The notes below the pieces were generated by a model, which was not told the origin of the DNA, made no database searches, and saw nothing but the letters and a program-made list of their open reading frames with translations. A program made the translations under genes and the position numbers. 64,000 bases of DNA from positions 98,272,001 through 98,336,000 of the forward strand of contig NC_087437.1 of NCBI RefSeq assembly GCF_036321535.1, read 5' to 3'. Shown piece after piece: positions 14,737-29,110 of the stretch (position 1 is the stretch's first letter; every line of letters starts with the position of its first letter). Source of the DNA: Camelus dromedarius. Its lineage: Eukaryota.

Positions 14737-15098
14737 TTAACTTTCAGCAATTTATTCTTTTTTTCCCCTTCTAATTTGCTAATATTGTCTTTCCCTAGCT
14801 TTAGATAATATAAACATTGGCTTAGAAATTCTTTCTTACAGTCATTTTAACTATTTGGTTATGCTAAGAGAGCTCACATACTCCCTAGGATTTCACAGCA
14901 GTTCCAAGAGAAAAGATTAATTTATTGCTCCTGTGAATTTCTATTCTGTTCAAATTTTTAAATTTAAAAAATTTAAATTGTTATAAACCAAACCAAGCAT
15001 ACAAGAATACTGTCTATCACTTTGAAGAGAATGTTTTGAGCTAGCAATGGAAAAATTCATTAAAACAAAATATTTTATCAGTCTTAGAGCTTTTGTGT

Positions 15099-15125
15099 AA
15101 ATTTAGCAAATTTAGCAAATTTAGC
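15099..15125. repeat. Perfect 9-bp tandem triplication (AAATTTAGC)3
   Basis: Read directly from the sequence. Confidence 0.95.
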
Positions 15126-18109
15126 ATTTATACAAGGCCCAAGCACCGCTGGAAAATTTTAAAAAGAACTCATTATCCACTTGTTCACATCCACAATGCA
15201 AGGACAAGACTGAGCAGAATTTTTCACCACATAGTTGACCAAGCTGCACAGTTTTGTTTTGTTTTTTTTTAATGCTTTCTTAAAACAGCTTAGGGGTTTC
15301 ACTGTTTGAAAATGAACTCCTGGTATGTGTTTGGCTGGTGGGTGGTTTTTGGATTGGGGCTTTTTGGTTTGTTTGCTTAATGTGCACATCTCAGTCATCT
15401 GAATGAGCTGGATGAGCTGAAGCTTTTTGAGTAGAACACCCAAAAGTACTTGGAAGGAGACCTATCAGGATGAGGCAGATGAGGGAGGAGCCACCCTGAC
15501 CCTGCTGCCACTGGCTTCCTATACTTTGCTCCTGGAGGCCGCGTTAAGATGCCAGGTCACATACTCAATGAGGAGACACATCCTAAAGTCCCTGCTTACA
15601 CCCAGAGTGTGGGGGTGAGAATCCGAGTCGCGCTCTGAGGGTGCAGCTCATGACCAGCTAAGTTTAAGAGAAGCTCATGTTAAAAGGAAGTGAAATTGTA
15701 AGTGATCTTTTGGTGACCTTACCACCTAGAGGAGACAGGAGGCTGCTAGTCTTGTTCTTGGAATGCTTATTCTATCAGGATTTAGCAAAACAGCTTGACA
15801 AGTAGGTTATTAGGTTTCCTGCTCAGACTCAAGCCATAGGCAAACCCCCCAAAAGCAAGGAAGATTGAGGTGTTCATGTTATGGTCAAAACGGGTAACTC
15901 TGCCTTTCTTAATACTTATACACATAGAAAGAGCCAAAATCACAGCTACAATTTTACACATAGCACATCAGATTTGGCCTAGAAAGAAGTAAATTTACAA
16001 AAGCTCTAAAAGAAAAATTGAAAAATTTTGACCTGTGAAAAAGCACTGTGTCTGGAAATTCAAATCTAATTCCAAACTGAGACTAATGGATGTACCACAT
16101 GTTTCTGGCTTTAAACCAGTATACATCAGTCACTGGAAGTGAAGAAGGGAGATTTTGAAAAGCATCTTCCCTTATTTTAGATATTTGCATTTCGACAGAT
16201 TTCCAGTTTGTTCTCCCCCACCCCCGCCACCCCATGTAATGCACTCAATATTCTCTTCCTCTTTCTTTATTTATCAGATCCCAAAGCCTTCAGGCCTCAG
16301 TCTGCAAGTGGAATGAAAGTGCATTAATATCCGCAGACAAAGTTATAGGCTTCCGTCCACTACTTGCTTATAAGGAATTTTAGGTCCTGAAGGGTTTTCG
16401 TACCACCCAAGAAATTCTGGCACCTTCCAGTGTCTTGAGTGTTGAGAAGTCATCTGGCTGTGCTGGTTCAGACTCTCCTGGCTTTTTGCCATGTCTGTGG
16501 GTGCACCAGAGGGACTGCCTATCTGAGGCCACTGATCCCTGAGAAGAATATTATTTTATCCAGAACAGCTCCTGGTGTCCCCACCATGGCACAGCACTGC
16601 CGTGTCATCCTGGCACTATCTTTCCTTCGGTCTTCCCTGCATAAATGGGGAAAAAGATTTCTAATTTCTGAATCCACAGAGCTCTGAGCTACCCATTCCC
16701 CATCCCACCCAGGAATGAGAGGCCACATTAACCTCTATGTTGTCTTCATGCACATCTCCCAAAGCCCCCCTCAGGTCTTCAGACACGAAACTTCCTCCTC
16801 TCTCCTCCCTTCTCCAAATGCAAATCAAATATGTTAATATATGCCTGGGAGGATTGTTGGATCCAAAAAGCTGTTCTCAGCTCAGGCTTAGAAAAAACCG
16901 CAGTCTGCAGCTCCATTTGCTCCTTTGGAACACCAGACGACAGTAGTTAATAAAGATGAGTTGCAGACTCACCTTTATAACTTGCTCTTTTATATCTTCA
17001 CTGAGATGAACACCATGGTTCTTTCTAGCTTGCCAAAAAACTTGAATGGAAATGTGCTGAACTAGGGGCAAAACTTTGTGCTGGCTAGGTAAAATGATGG
17101 ATGGTATTGTTCACAGGAAATAATGGCAAACAGAAAGAGTTTACATCTTGTCAAATAGACAGAATGGGCATGGATAGGAAAAAGAGAGAAAAACGGTAGA
17201 ATAAACAGCAACTGTGAACTCCACTGAGAGAACTAATGGGTGTTATGTGTCCAAGAGATGGCCTGAGGTGGTTTATAACTACAACAAGCGTAATCTATTT
17301 TACCAGTGTAATATTATGTCATCTGGAATTATGCATGGTATATGCAGTACAAGGAACTCGGAGGTAGAAGAGTGAGTTTTCATTAGAAGTATTGAGTTGG
17401 CCCACTGACTCCAGGTGTGCTACCTGAAAATGAGATGACTCAGAAGTGAGCCAGGACAAGGAGGGACCCAAATGAAGACTTGCAAAGTGAGAGCTAACAC
17501 AGAGAAAAAAGGAAAGTAGATGCTTGAATAAAAGAAGGTTGCAAGAACCTAAAGGGAAAAACAACAACAAAAAAAAGAAGATTGTATGTTTGGAAAATGA
17601 TGACTCCCTAATTATGAAAAACTTAATTTAAGATACAGTATGTCTGCTCTATAAATCCTCAATTATCACAGCGAAGAGGAACACAGTTTTTAAATTAAGT
17701 ACTTAGAAAATATTTAGGTCATTATTTTCAAAACAGAGACAAATCTCTAAATATAAAAACTTCTGAATCCATTTTGTTTTTCATCACGCTAGAGATGTGA
17801 GTCTTACATATTATTTTTGGATGCAAAGTTCTGTTCTATTGAATAGAGATATGATTGACATCTTAAACACAAACTGGATTATCAAGCTCTGTTGCTTTTC
17901 ACTGAATCAGCGCCATCTCGTTTTTTGGAGTCAGTACCTATGGAGGTTTCACAATATTATATTAGCCTAGAGAAAGTGTCTCTTCTAAATTCCATGTGTG
18001 TTCTCATGCTGGCTGACGGGGTAACAAGCAGCCTTGGTCTACAAACATTCCCAAGACAGAAATGCACTACTAGGAAAATCATAAGACATAGACTAGTATG
18101 ACATTTAAA

Positions 18110-18385
18110 AAAAAAAATCAGGATTTACACATCCAAGTATGTGTGTTGCTTTTAAAGTATCCATTTGGGAGGCTGCACACTTAGTCTAATAAGTCTGCCA
18201 TTGCTCCAAACATTTTTTCAAGTTCCTTTCTGAAGATGACTTTCATTTTCTGTGCCACATTTTTTCTGAATGTTCAAATGGTTATGTATCTTCATCTTCT
18301 GAGCGTAAATTTGATTGAAAAATTAGCCAAAAGTGAGTCAGAAGTAAATCTTAAGAATAGGAAAGGCAATTAAACTGGGCAAGAA
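18110..18385. mobile_element. MARNA-like Tc1/mariner fossil
   Basis: ttgggaggctgcacacttag...ctgccattgctccaaacatttt...aaatttgatt...agccaaaagt...aaactggg resembles the MARNA consensus. Confidence 0.65.
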
Positions 18386-21300
18386 GATAAAGAGGTAAGG
18401 TGAACACTGGAAAAGTTTTGTGTGGATGGATCTTTTTGGATACATTTGGCTTTTGCGAGCTATTAATTTTGCTACACCTCATATTTTCACTTTTTTTTAA
18501 GATGATTGTCTTCTATTACAAAATGAGTAACATCCTGAATTCAGCTGCTGACAAACATACATGTGTGTTTCATTACATAATGAAAGCAAAAAATCTACAG
18601 AATTCAGTTACATTTAGCAGGAAAAAAAAAATGTTGCTCCAGATAAAGTTTTCTCCACCATAATACTTGCAATTAACTCAAACACACACTTTTTAAAAGA
18701 CACATCAAAATACATGATTTCTTTTTTGGCTAATTCTGTCCATGTTCTATGGAAAGGTCCACTCTGCAAGATGCTTTGACAGGAATTTTACTAACTTTTC
18801 TAGTGTTGTATTATTTGATTAAGGATTTTTCTCCTTTAGAAAATACTGCTTTTACAACCACTCCTCTGCTATTCAGTTGTGATTCTTAATATTTGTACCT
18901 TTTTTGCCTGTGATCTGTATGGGAAATTTTTGATACCAAATGCACTCAAATAATGTTTTGGTTTAAATTTTAATACTTGAATTTGATACACAACCGTGTA
19001 CTAACATGATTAGAGGCATCATCTCAAATATCTGCAACATTTCGCAGCAACAAAAATTGCTGTCGAGTAAATGGCTCAGAATTACCATCGGTGAGGCGGC
19101 ACCTGAAATCCCTCTGGGTGCCAGACCAAAGCAAGCGAAGCTCATTGGATTAAAGAGCACTCCTTCAAGGCGGCTGAAGCATCACCAGTCAGATGGCATC
19201 CGTAAGAAACATAGGTCTGAGTTAACCAAACGAGCACCTAGTAAGGCTTCAAACACTCTGAGAACAAGCCTGACTCTGCTCTGTTAGTACCAGTTTCGGG
19301 TCCAGTCTTGCCCAGACTTGCGATTTTAATAGGCAAGCCACAAAACAAAACAAAACAAAACAAAAAAAAAAAACAAAAAAACTTCAAATTTCACTCTGAG
19401 CAGCATCAAGCTTTAGGGAACATAAAACTAACTCAGGAGCAAAGCAAACTGTGAATAATAAACAAGCTCTGATGGAAAGTGCATAAAGGAGCCCAGAGTC
19501 ACTTTCCAATTTCCTTGGCAACCAGATAAGCAAACAGAAAGCATCAACCAGCTGAAAAACTCACATACAAGCACACTTGATGCTCACAAAGACCTGAATA
19601 ATAGAGATGATGATCATACCGAGTGACAAAAGATAGATGAACTCACGCTGGCTTTGCAAGTACAAAACCAGTTATTCTGCTCTTGGTGTTTCAATAAGTA
19701 GAACTTTCCATGTGTAACAAAGGCCACAGTGAACTGTGTGAAAGTTTGCGGAGCCTGGGGAGGGGGAACTGGCCGGACATCACCAGGGTCATCTAAATTT
19801 GTGACCCCCTGACAAACTCTAAGTTCCTGAGAAGATGGCCAGAGGGGACCTGCTTTGTCAAAGGTTAGAAATGCGGGAATACGGTGCGTGCATTTGAGTG
19901 GAAGCTAGGTGCACTCTGCATTCCAGCTGCTTCTAGGGCTGGCTAGGAGAGACGGGTTGACCACACTGAGCTGGAGAAACCTAGCAAAACTCAAGTTGTT
20001 CACTCTGTGCTGTCTGAATTACACATCTTATTTGCAAATGAGGCATGGAAATCGTTTCTCAAAGTCCTAATACTTTTTTTCCAAATAATATTTATTTCCA
20101 TGTGGCATTACTTTTTTATTTTTACTAATTATTGAGTGCAGCCTATTTTGTAACCACTTAAGAACACGCTGATCCGAAACTGAACATATAAATAGTTATC
20201 ACCACATACCTAAAAAAGCTGAAAGTTAGAGTGGGCTGAAGAAAAAAAGTAGGAGTTAGAGAGAAGGAGAGAAAGTAAGAGATTGGATAAAACAATAAAA
20301 TAATGAGGAAAAGAAGCCATTTCTATGTATGGAGTAGGAGAGAAGCTATTTCCTAAGGCTTTGGGGGAGGTAGGTTTCCCACACAGAAGACAGCAGGAGA
20401 CTGAAAACCCTGCTCAGCTTGCTCTCCACACCTTAGAGATTCTAAAACTGTAAACATCAAATGCAATGTTAAAGCCACATACGGGTTCTTTTCCTCATAA
20501 GTAAATTACATTGTCTTATTACTACAGCGTGCGGCTCAAAAGGCAAGTAATTATTTTTAGTGGCTGAGAAGAAATTAGCTCCAGAAATAAAGGACAATTT
20601 GGGAAAAAAAATAATGTAGGCAATAGGATTATGTTTCTTTGGGGCTTGCGCTTAGAATTAAATTCTAAAACATGCACAAGCCCCTGGAGCAGTCTGCACG
20701 TATTGTCCCCTCCACTGTTCAGTCTGACCAACATCACCCTTCACACACAGGCCTTTTCACCCTCTTCCTCCAGGCACTTTAGATATCTCCAGGATAAGAA
20801 ATTGTAAACAGATGCCTGTGGCCAAAAAGCACAGAGCTTTGCCAGTGAATTCTTCTGAAATCACACAAACGGAACCCAAGGAAGGCAGAAATACACATTT
20901 CAAATTTAACAGCTATAGTCTGAAATCTCAAATTATACATAAATTATTTTGTGATTCAATCCTAATCTGGTCATTTTAAAGAACCCAAGACCCAGCGCAA
21001 TAGCCCATCACCCATCCCACCTTAAAAATGTCATTTTCTTATTTGAATGTCTTAAGTACCAATTTGTTCCCTCTTTCTGAAAATTCTGTCACCTGTTGCG
21101 ATTTCTCTGACGTTTGATATAGTTTATTTAGAATTCCTGTCATGTGTAAATGGTATCTTTAAATAATGTGTGCGGGAGCTCTTAATCAGTTTTCACAACT
21201 GTCCATAAGAAGCCTGATTATTTATTTTAAGACACACTTTGGAAGTTTTGGTGTTAACTTGATAAGTAACAGCTATTGGAAGAGAATAAACACTCCTGTA

Positions 21301-21968
21301 GATAAGTCTTCCTTTTGTGTTAGATGAAAAAAATTAACATTTCATTCATGGTGCCTTCTTATATTAAATTTCTCGGGGTCATCAGACTTTAGATGCTAAA
21401 AGGGTAGAGGAAAGAGATGGATGAGAACAGTTCTGAAATGACAGTGAAAACATATGGTGTCCATCTTGCAAGCATGAGGCTCACTGCTATTAGCGCCACT
21501 CTCCCTGTGTTCAGAAAAGCTGGAATAAGCCAGCAGGCAGTCTGGTGTCTAGTCAGAGGGCCAGAAACAAACAGGTGGTGCTGACCTAACCTTCTCTTTG
21601 CCCCGCAGATACTCTTAGCAAATACTACACTCATTGTACTGCTGCTTTAAAATACATTTATTTGATGAAAGCCAATTGTTGAAAAAGACAGTTCATAAGG
21701 ACTCATGCCTGAAATTGTTCTTGTTGTTGTTCCTTTTACCTTATAAAAATTACTTAATTTAAAAATTCAAGTGTAATATGCATGTTTTAAGCGTTCACCT
21801 GTGTGAGTTTTGACAACTGGTGTATACATCAGTGCAACACCGCCCAAAATGAGATATAAAACATTTCAGTCACCACAGACATTTTCCTCACGCCCCTTTC
21901 CAGCCAGACTCCACTGCACTGAATCCTATTGGCATGCACTGTTTTGGCCCATCCTTGGAGCAACTTAC

Positions 21969-22434
21969 TGTGACTGAACCAAACTTAGGTCCCTCACCTT
22001 TGCCCAGAAAAGCTGATCTTCTGACACTGGGTTGGGATGAAGGAAAACGCAGCATTTATTTTAAAGTCACCAATAAGGGTGGCTCAAGCTCTAAAGCCCC
22101 TAACTCCCCAAAAGCTTTCAGCAAAGCATTTTTAAAAGCCAGGTGAGGTGGGGGTGTGCAGGTGTGTGATCAGCTCATGTACAAGTCTCTGATTGTTTGA
22201 CGGTGAGGTAACAGGGTGGTTAACATTATCAATCCTTAGGTGCCATTAGGTCTGGGGCCTCATGATCATCAAGTAGTCAATTTCTTCCATTTGGTGGTGC
22301 TTGTAGCATCTGTAAAACATCTTGGGAAGCATGCATCAGATACTATTATCTGGGTACTTCAGAAAGGAGTTACAGCAGAAGACATGGGGGAGGGGTCTGT
22401 CCTGAGAAGGCCCCATGGGGTCCTGCTGGTCACA
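21969..22434 (-). mobile_element. ERV1-type solo LTR inserted in L1
   Basis: 6-bp inverted termini TGTGAC...GTCACA; internal ttctgacactgggttggg...gcatttatt...tctgattg...ggccccatggggtcctgct; L1 continues on both sides. Confidence 0.75.
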
Positions 22435-23279
22435 TCATCATATGGATTTTATATCTGGCTTCTTTTGCTCAGTATTATGTTTTTGAGACTCATTCATGTT
22501 GTTGTACATATTACTAGCTTATTCCTCTTTATTGCTGACTAATATTTCATTGTATGAATGTAACACAATTTGCTCATCCATTTTCGCAAACAGAGAGACT
22601 TAAATTGTTCCTCTGATCATTCTTGTACAATTTTGTGGACATACATTTTCATATCACTTGGATAAATACCTAGGAGTGGAACTTCTGTTACAAAAAATGA
22701 TTAACTTTTAGGAAACCGGCAAACCATGCTCCAAAAGAGTTGTCACATTTTACAACAGCAACAACAATCTGTGAGTGTTTAAGTTGCTCCTCATTCTCTC
22801 CACTGTATGGTATGGTCAGTTCTTAGCCAGTCCAGTGGGTGTGAAATGCTATCTCATTATACTGAAATCACATCTCCCTGAAGACTTACAGTGTTGAGTG
22901 TTGTGGGCACGCCAACCTCCTTCCCGTGTGGGCAGGCTCATTCCTGTCTTTTCTCTTGCCAAGTGTCTATTCCAGTCTTTTCCCATGTTTTAATTGGGCT
23001 GTTTACCTTTTTACTGTTGACTTGTAAAAGTTCTTTGTATATTCTGGATATGAGTTATTCTGAAAGAGAAATGATAAGAATATTTTCCCAATCCGTTGCT
23101 TGTCTATTCATTTTCTTTTCATGAGCAGAAATTTTTAATTTTGGTGAAATTTAATATTGTTTTATAGTGATATCTTTAAATTTTTGTCTAATTAATCTGC
23201 ATTCACCAGGGAGGCAAAGATATTCTTACTTGTTTTCTTCTAGAAGAATTTTTTATTATAGTTTTTATATATAAATTCA

Positions 23280-23767
23280 TGTAGGGGAGGCAAAATTTTA
23301 CCTCTATCCTCTAAGGTCCTTAGTTGGTACTGAGAATTAAATTGACAGAAGACAGATTAACAGGAGAAAAACATCCAGAATTTTACAGCTACCTGGGAGC
23401 CTCATTAAAACATGATGACCCAGAGAAGTGGCTAGGCCTAAGTTTTTATGCACTAAGTTGAACAAAGAGAGACAATTATAGAAAAGCGAATGTATAGGGA
23501 GACTAAAAGAAAATAAAAGTTATTGTAACAAGGTCTGTTTGTACAGATTTCTCTCAGCCTTGACTCCCCATCTCTGACGATAAGAGTCTTTCTTTCCTCC
23601 TGCTCCAAGAAGGACATTTTTCACATGGAAATTTTATCTTTTGCTTTCAGGAAGAAAAGGGAGGCCAGAGTGTTCTTATACCTGCTGTTTTTTAAGTGCT
23701 TTTAGCTCAGAATAATCCTTGTGCCAACATGGCGCATTTGAGTGGGGATATATTCCGCCACTGTTTA
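23280..23767 (-). mobile_element. MER34-like ERV1 solo LTR inserted in L1
   Basis: tgtaggggaggcaaaatttt...gagaattaaattgacagaagacagattaacaggagaaaa...tagctcagaataatccttgtgccaa. Confidence 0.8.
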
Positions 23768-24779
23768 TGATTCATCTCCAAATAATTGTTTGTGTATTGA
23801 GTGAGGTAGGGCCAAAGTTCAATTTCCTTTCTAGTGGAAATCCAGTTCTGGCTGCATCATGTCGGAAAGAATTTTCTCTTCCTCACTAGTTTGATTTGCC
23901 ACTTTGGTCAGACATAAGTATATTTGTGTATGTATGTATCATATGTGTGTGTGTACATATCTTATATATATCTGTGTGTGTATATCATATAATGTGTGTA
24001 TATATCACCTATGTGTGCATGTGCCTATTTCTGGATTTTTAAAATTCTTTTCCATCAATCTATTTGTCTATTGTTATGCCAATACCACACTGACTTGATT
24101 ATTGTGACACTGTATTAAGCCTTAAAATCAAGTAGTGGGAATCCATCACCTTTGTTCTTCTTTATCAATATTGCTTTGGCTATTCTAGGTCCTTTGCTTT
24201 TTCAGACTAACTTGTAATTTCTTCAAAAAACTTACTGATATTTTTTACTGAAATTGTATCAAATCTGTAAGTAATTTTGGGGAAGATGAACATCTTAACA
24301 ATATTGAGCACTTCAATTCATGAATATGGTATTTATTTAGGTACATTAAAATTTCTTTCAGTAATGCTTTATAATTTGCTCATCTTTTGTTAGGTTTATT
24401 TCTAGCTATTTAAGAGGTTAGAGACTGTTTAAATGGTATTTTAAATTTTGATTTAACAATTGTTAATAATTAGAAATACAATTGATTTTTTGAGTATTGG
24501 ACCTATATCTGAGACCTTGCTAAGTTCATGTATCAGTTCTCATAGTTATTATCTTGTGTGTGTGGATTCCATGGAGTTGTATACACACATAATAGTGCCA
24601 CCTGTGATTAATGACAGATTCACTTCTTCCTTTTGAATCTTTATGTCTCATTTCTTTTTCTGGCCTTCTTGCAGTAAATAAAATTTCTGGCCAATGTGGA
24701 ATAGGGGTGGTGACAGCCATACAAATATTTATGTACATATTTTCTCTTTCTGGTGCTCTTTGTTTTTTCTTTCAGATCC

Positions 24780-25760
24780 TTCCACATGGCACAGTTTCTC
24801 TTCAGTCCAAAGAACATCTTTAAGTATTTGTTGTGACACAGATACGCTGCAAACTCTCACAACCTTTTATCCTCTCTGAAGCTGTCTTTATTTCATCTTC
24901 ATTTTTAAGGCTATCTTTACAGGATATGAAGTGTAGGCTGATTTCTCTTTTAGCATTTTATAGCCGTGGTTCTATTCTCTTCTAGCCTTCACTGTTTGTC
25001 ATGGAATTCTTATCACCATTCTCTTCTTTGTGGTTGTCTTTTTTTATTTGTCTCTTTTTAATATATTCTTTTATTTCCGGTTTATGATACTTTGACTATG
25101 ATGTACTAAGAGGGAGATTTCTTTGTACATACTCTGCTTAGGGTTTGTTGTGCTTCTTCTGTGTCTTTCATTAATTTGGGGAAATTTTTGTTCATTATCT
25201 CTTCAAATATTTCTTCTGCCCCATTCTTTCTCTCCTCTCCTTAGACACCAGTTACACATATGTTAAATCATTTGATTCTGTCCCATAGATCTCAAGATAC
25301 TCTACTCCATTATTTTCATTGTTGTCTTTCATTTTGGATAATCTCTACTGATCCATCTTAGGTTCACTAATTCTTTTCTGTGCTCAGTCCAGTTGTCAAT
25401 AAACCTATTAAATGAATTCTTCCTTTCTTATAACATATATTTCATTTTTGCTTTTCATTTTGACTTTATAAAAATGTCCATATCTCTAATAAAATTCCTC
25501 ATCTATTCACACACATAATTCATCCTTTCCACATATTAATCATAGCGATTTTAAAGTCTCTGTCTGATAATTCCAACACCTGGAACATCTCAGCATTTGC
25601 TTTTATTGACTATGCTCTCTCTTTAACATGAATTATCACTTGCCTTATAATTTTTTTTATTATATTTTGGACACAGTGTGTAAGAAAAAAAAAAAACCCA
25701 GTAATGACTAAAGTGAAACATTATTTTCCTGCAGAAAAATCATGCCTTTTCTTCTGTCAG
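24780..25760 (-). mobile_element. Old L1M ORF1-region fragment
   Basis: tttgactatgatgt...tttggggaaatttttg...ctcttcaaatatttcttctgccccatt...aagtctctgtctgataattccaaca. Confidence 0.7.
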
Positions 25761-27379
25761 AGTATAAGTTTGATGAGCTGGGTCAATCTAATCTATAGTC
25801 AAGCTGTGTTTGGACATTTTTGCAGGTTTAGTTATATTCAATTCACCACTGACTTCAAATTATTTCATAATGGGATCAGGAATTTCCCTTCAGTTGTACT
25901 TGGGAATCTTCGCACAAGTGATACTCTGGAGATTTCTTTATAATTTTCATCCAGCCTCCAGCTCTCTGAACTATGGGCCATCTCTTTTTTGATTTATAGC
26001 CTTGTTACTAGATTTTTTTAGGCATTGGGGAGTTCTCTTTGCATTTCTGCCAGAATTCCTGAATTTTAACCTTGGACCTACCAATGACTGATTTATGACT
26101 TGGGTGAACTTACTAAACTTTTTCATCTCATTTGCTAAAAAAGAATATGAATCACTACTCTCATATTAAATAAGGAGTGACCCAACATTACAGAGCTAAC
26201 ATGCATTTAGGAGAAGCTGAATGTGAAAGTCAAAGTCAGATTTAGTGTAGAAAATCAAATACTCTTTTTGGATTGATCTGTCTCTGTCATTAATATTTTG
26301 ACTCCAATATTGTCGAATCAATTGCTAAATTATTTTTTCTGCTATAGGGCCATTTCCTGAAAAATAAAGTATTAAGCCAGTCTGAGTTATTAAAAGAAAC
26401 AGTGGGAAATCTAAGCAAATTAAAAACTGTGTGGACTTTAGAAATGACTTCATTATTTGCAATTTTCTAGTGACTTCCAGAAGCTTAGAAGATATGATAT
26501 TTTCTTGCAAAAACATGCTGAAAGACACACAACATGGGTATTTACAACCTTCTGCAAGAAAGAAGAAAATAGGAAGAGAGAGAAGGAAGATTACTATGGA
26601 GTTAATATTCAGCATTACTATATCAACCACCTGCAATGCCTTCTCCTTCATTAGTCCAGGCTCATAGCCATGTAGAGTAGCACAGAGAGTTTCTGTCCTC
26701 TATGTCTGTAACTGCAGTTTAAAAAAAGAAGTTTGCATTGTTGAAATTAGCCCATATCCACTGCCAAAAGTACATGATCCAGTGGCTAACATGTAATGAT
26801 GCTATTTCTGAAAAGCGTGTTGTAATTAAATGTCACAGTCCTGCATATATTTCAGACAACTCAGCATTGAAGTCAAGTCAGGTCACTGATAGAAAGTTAT
26901 TGGTCAATGATCCCATTAAGCGAGTTAAGGGATGCTCTATATTCAAAATGACTTCATCTTCTCTGAGGATAAAACCACCACATGATCCCAAAGGATGTCT
27001 CCTTGTCCTCATGAGAACTCCATTAAAAATTAATATCTCAACCAATTACAATAAACTGTAAGGAGATTTCACATTTATTGTGGTGAAACTTTATTATAAT
27101 GAGAACATTGCTAGGAAAAATACCCCTAAATAGCAGGGTATAAGGTCAAAAAAAGAACTGAAGGAACTTTCTCTTCACCTTATTATCTCATGATAAGACC
27201 TAAGAAAATATTTGCAATGCAAGACTGATTGTGATTTACAATTTACCATTCCTATGTTTGTAAAGCCCCTATACTGAAAGCCAAATAAATTTTTGAATTG
27301 AAGTGTTTCCCTTGAATTTGGAGGAAATAAATTCACTTTTGTAAGCTTTTCTTTTAAAGATTATTCCTGCCCTAGGATA

Positions 27380-29110
27380 GACAGAAGATACACTTATACT
27401 TTCCCTCTCACTTCAAATCACACAAAACAACAACAAAAAAGAAGTATTTTTAAAACTATAAAAAGTAAAATCAATGAACCACAAAGTTTTGGAATTTCTG
27501 AGATATAGAAGCATATACAATGAGGTCTTTAGTAAAACAAAACTGGAAGAAACTATTGGTTATAACATATGTAGGAGGCAAGAGGTTATAACATATAATA
27601 TGGAGGTAGGAGTTCTGAAGATCTCTAAGTCTAGTGTCAGTAATTCCGAGAATTAAGGGAAAATCCTGGAACATTTAGAAGGAATCTTAATTAGAGACTT
27701 GCATTTGGAGCAACGGGCTAGTCAATTTCTTCCTTTCTCCTTTTGATCTACGTGGGCTTTAACAATTGGTTAAAGAAGAGAACTGGGGATGGAAAAGTCT
27801 CCTCGTGGTCAGGTAGCCACTGATTTCTGGGCGTGATGGGAACTCTCACATTTGGAAGACAAGTTTCCATTTAAAATGCTTCCTCTGTGCATTGGAGGCA
27901 GGTTACAGAAATACAAAAGGCACATGAATGATGATTTTCAAAACCAAAATTATAGATAGCCAAGAAGCACTAAGCATTTTAAGAAAGTCAGTGATATAGA
28001 AGCCAGTCAATAACAAAAAGAATGAACCCCCCAGGAAAAAAGTTCTTAAAGCAAAACAAGAAGATTTAGAATGAATATATAGTTAGATTTGAAAGAACAA
28101 TGCATCTGTGAACATGTATTTCCTAGAGCTCTTAGAATAAAAACAAAACAGAAATGAAAAATTCAATAGGCAGGCAACAATAGCAGTAATATATACTATA
28201 TAATGAATCCATGGGTTGAAAAATTTGGCTGAGATATTCTCACATGAAACAGAACAAATGAACTAAAGGAAAAAAAAATAGGAATGTGGAGTTAACTGAT
28301 ATGAAGAGTTTAACCAGAAATTCCAAAATTCAGATTATAGAAATTACAGAATGAGAGAAAAGAGAAAACACAGAGAAATATATAATCAAATAAATGCCAG
28401 ACAAAAAATTCTCAGGTCTGAAGAAAACATGAATCTTCAAATTAAAAGTGCTAAGCTAGACTTGAAATGAGCAAAACACAAACCCTGAAAAATCAGCCTG
28501 CCATCAGTGTAACTTCTCAGGAGCATAATTCAATACGAGAAGATAGAGATTACAATCTTCCAAATTAAAGGGGGGAATTATTTCAAATGTATAATCCTAT
28601 ACTCAGCCAAACTGGCATTAAAGTGAAAGACAATATAAACCAAATATTCAGAAAACCAAAGTCTGAGAGTGTTTAACAAGTTAATCAATCTCTGAGAGAA
28701 TTGATTGTGAATACACACCAATAAATAATGAATTCCCCCAATGAATTCCCCAAAAAGGCATGCTGTAGTTCCCAAAACACAGAAGAGTAGTAGATTCATA
28801 GTAACACCTAGGTAATTGTTAATGGACAATGAAAAACCAAAAGCATAATAAACACTTGGAGTAACAATTCCAGTGAAACGCAATGTGAAAAGTGGCAACA
28901 TTAATGAAGAAGAAGAAAACGAAAGTGAAATAAGATTATTACCCTTTGGGGGCGGGGGGAGCTCCAGATACTTTCCATCCAAAATATCAACAGAAAAATA
29001 CAAATTTTTAAAAGTGTGTTAAAATTTTAAGAGTACATATGAGAAGAACAAAATCTACAGTGTCTCGATCACAATATAAGAGTAAATAGATCATAGAAAA
29101 AAACACTAAT
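27380..29110 (+). mobile_element. Degenerate HAL1/L1M 5'-ORF1 region
   Basis: A-rich strand with gaaatgaaaaattcaatag, aaaattctcaggtctgaagaaaacatgaatcttcaaatt and aatcctatactcagccaaact. Confidence 0.65.

Larger units (their letters stand above)
21745..24720 (-). mobile_element. Old LINE-1 (L1ME/MD-like) 3' region, interrupted by two ERV LTRs
   Basis: tgagttttgacaa...aaacatttcagtcacc...atctggcttcttttgctcag...ggataaatacctaggagtggaa...tatattctggata...gctttggctattctaggtcctttg. Confidence 0.85.
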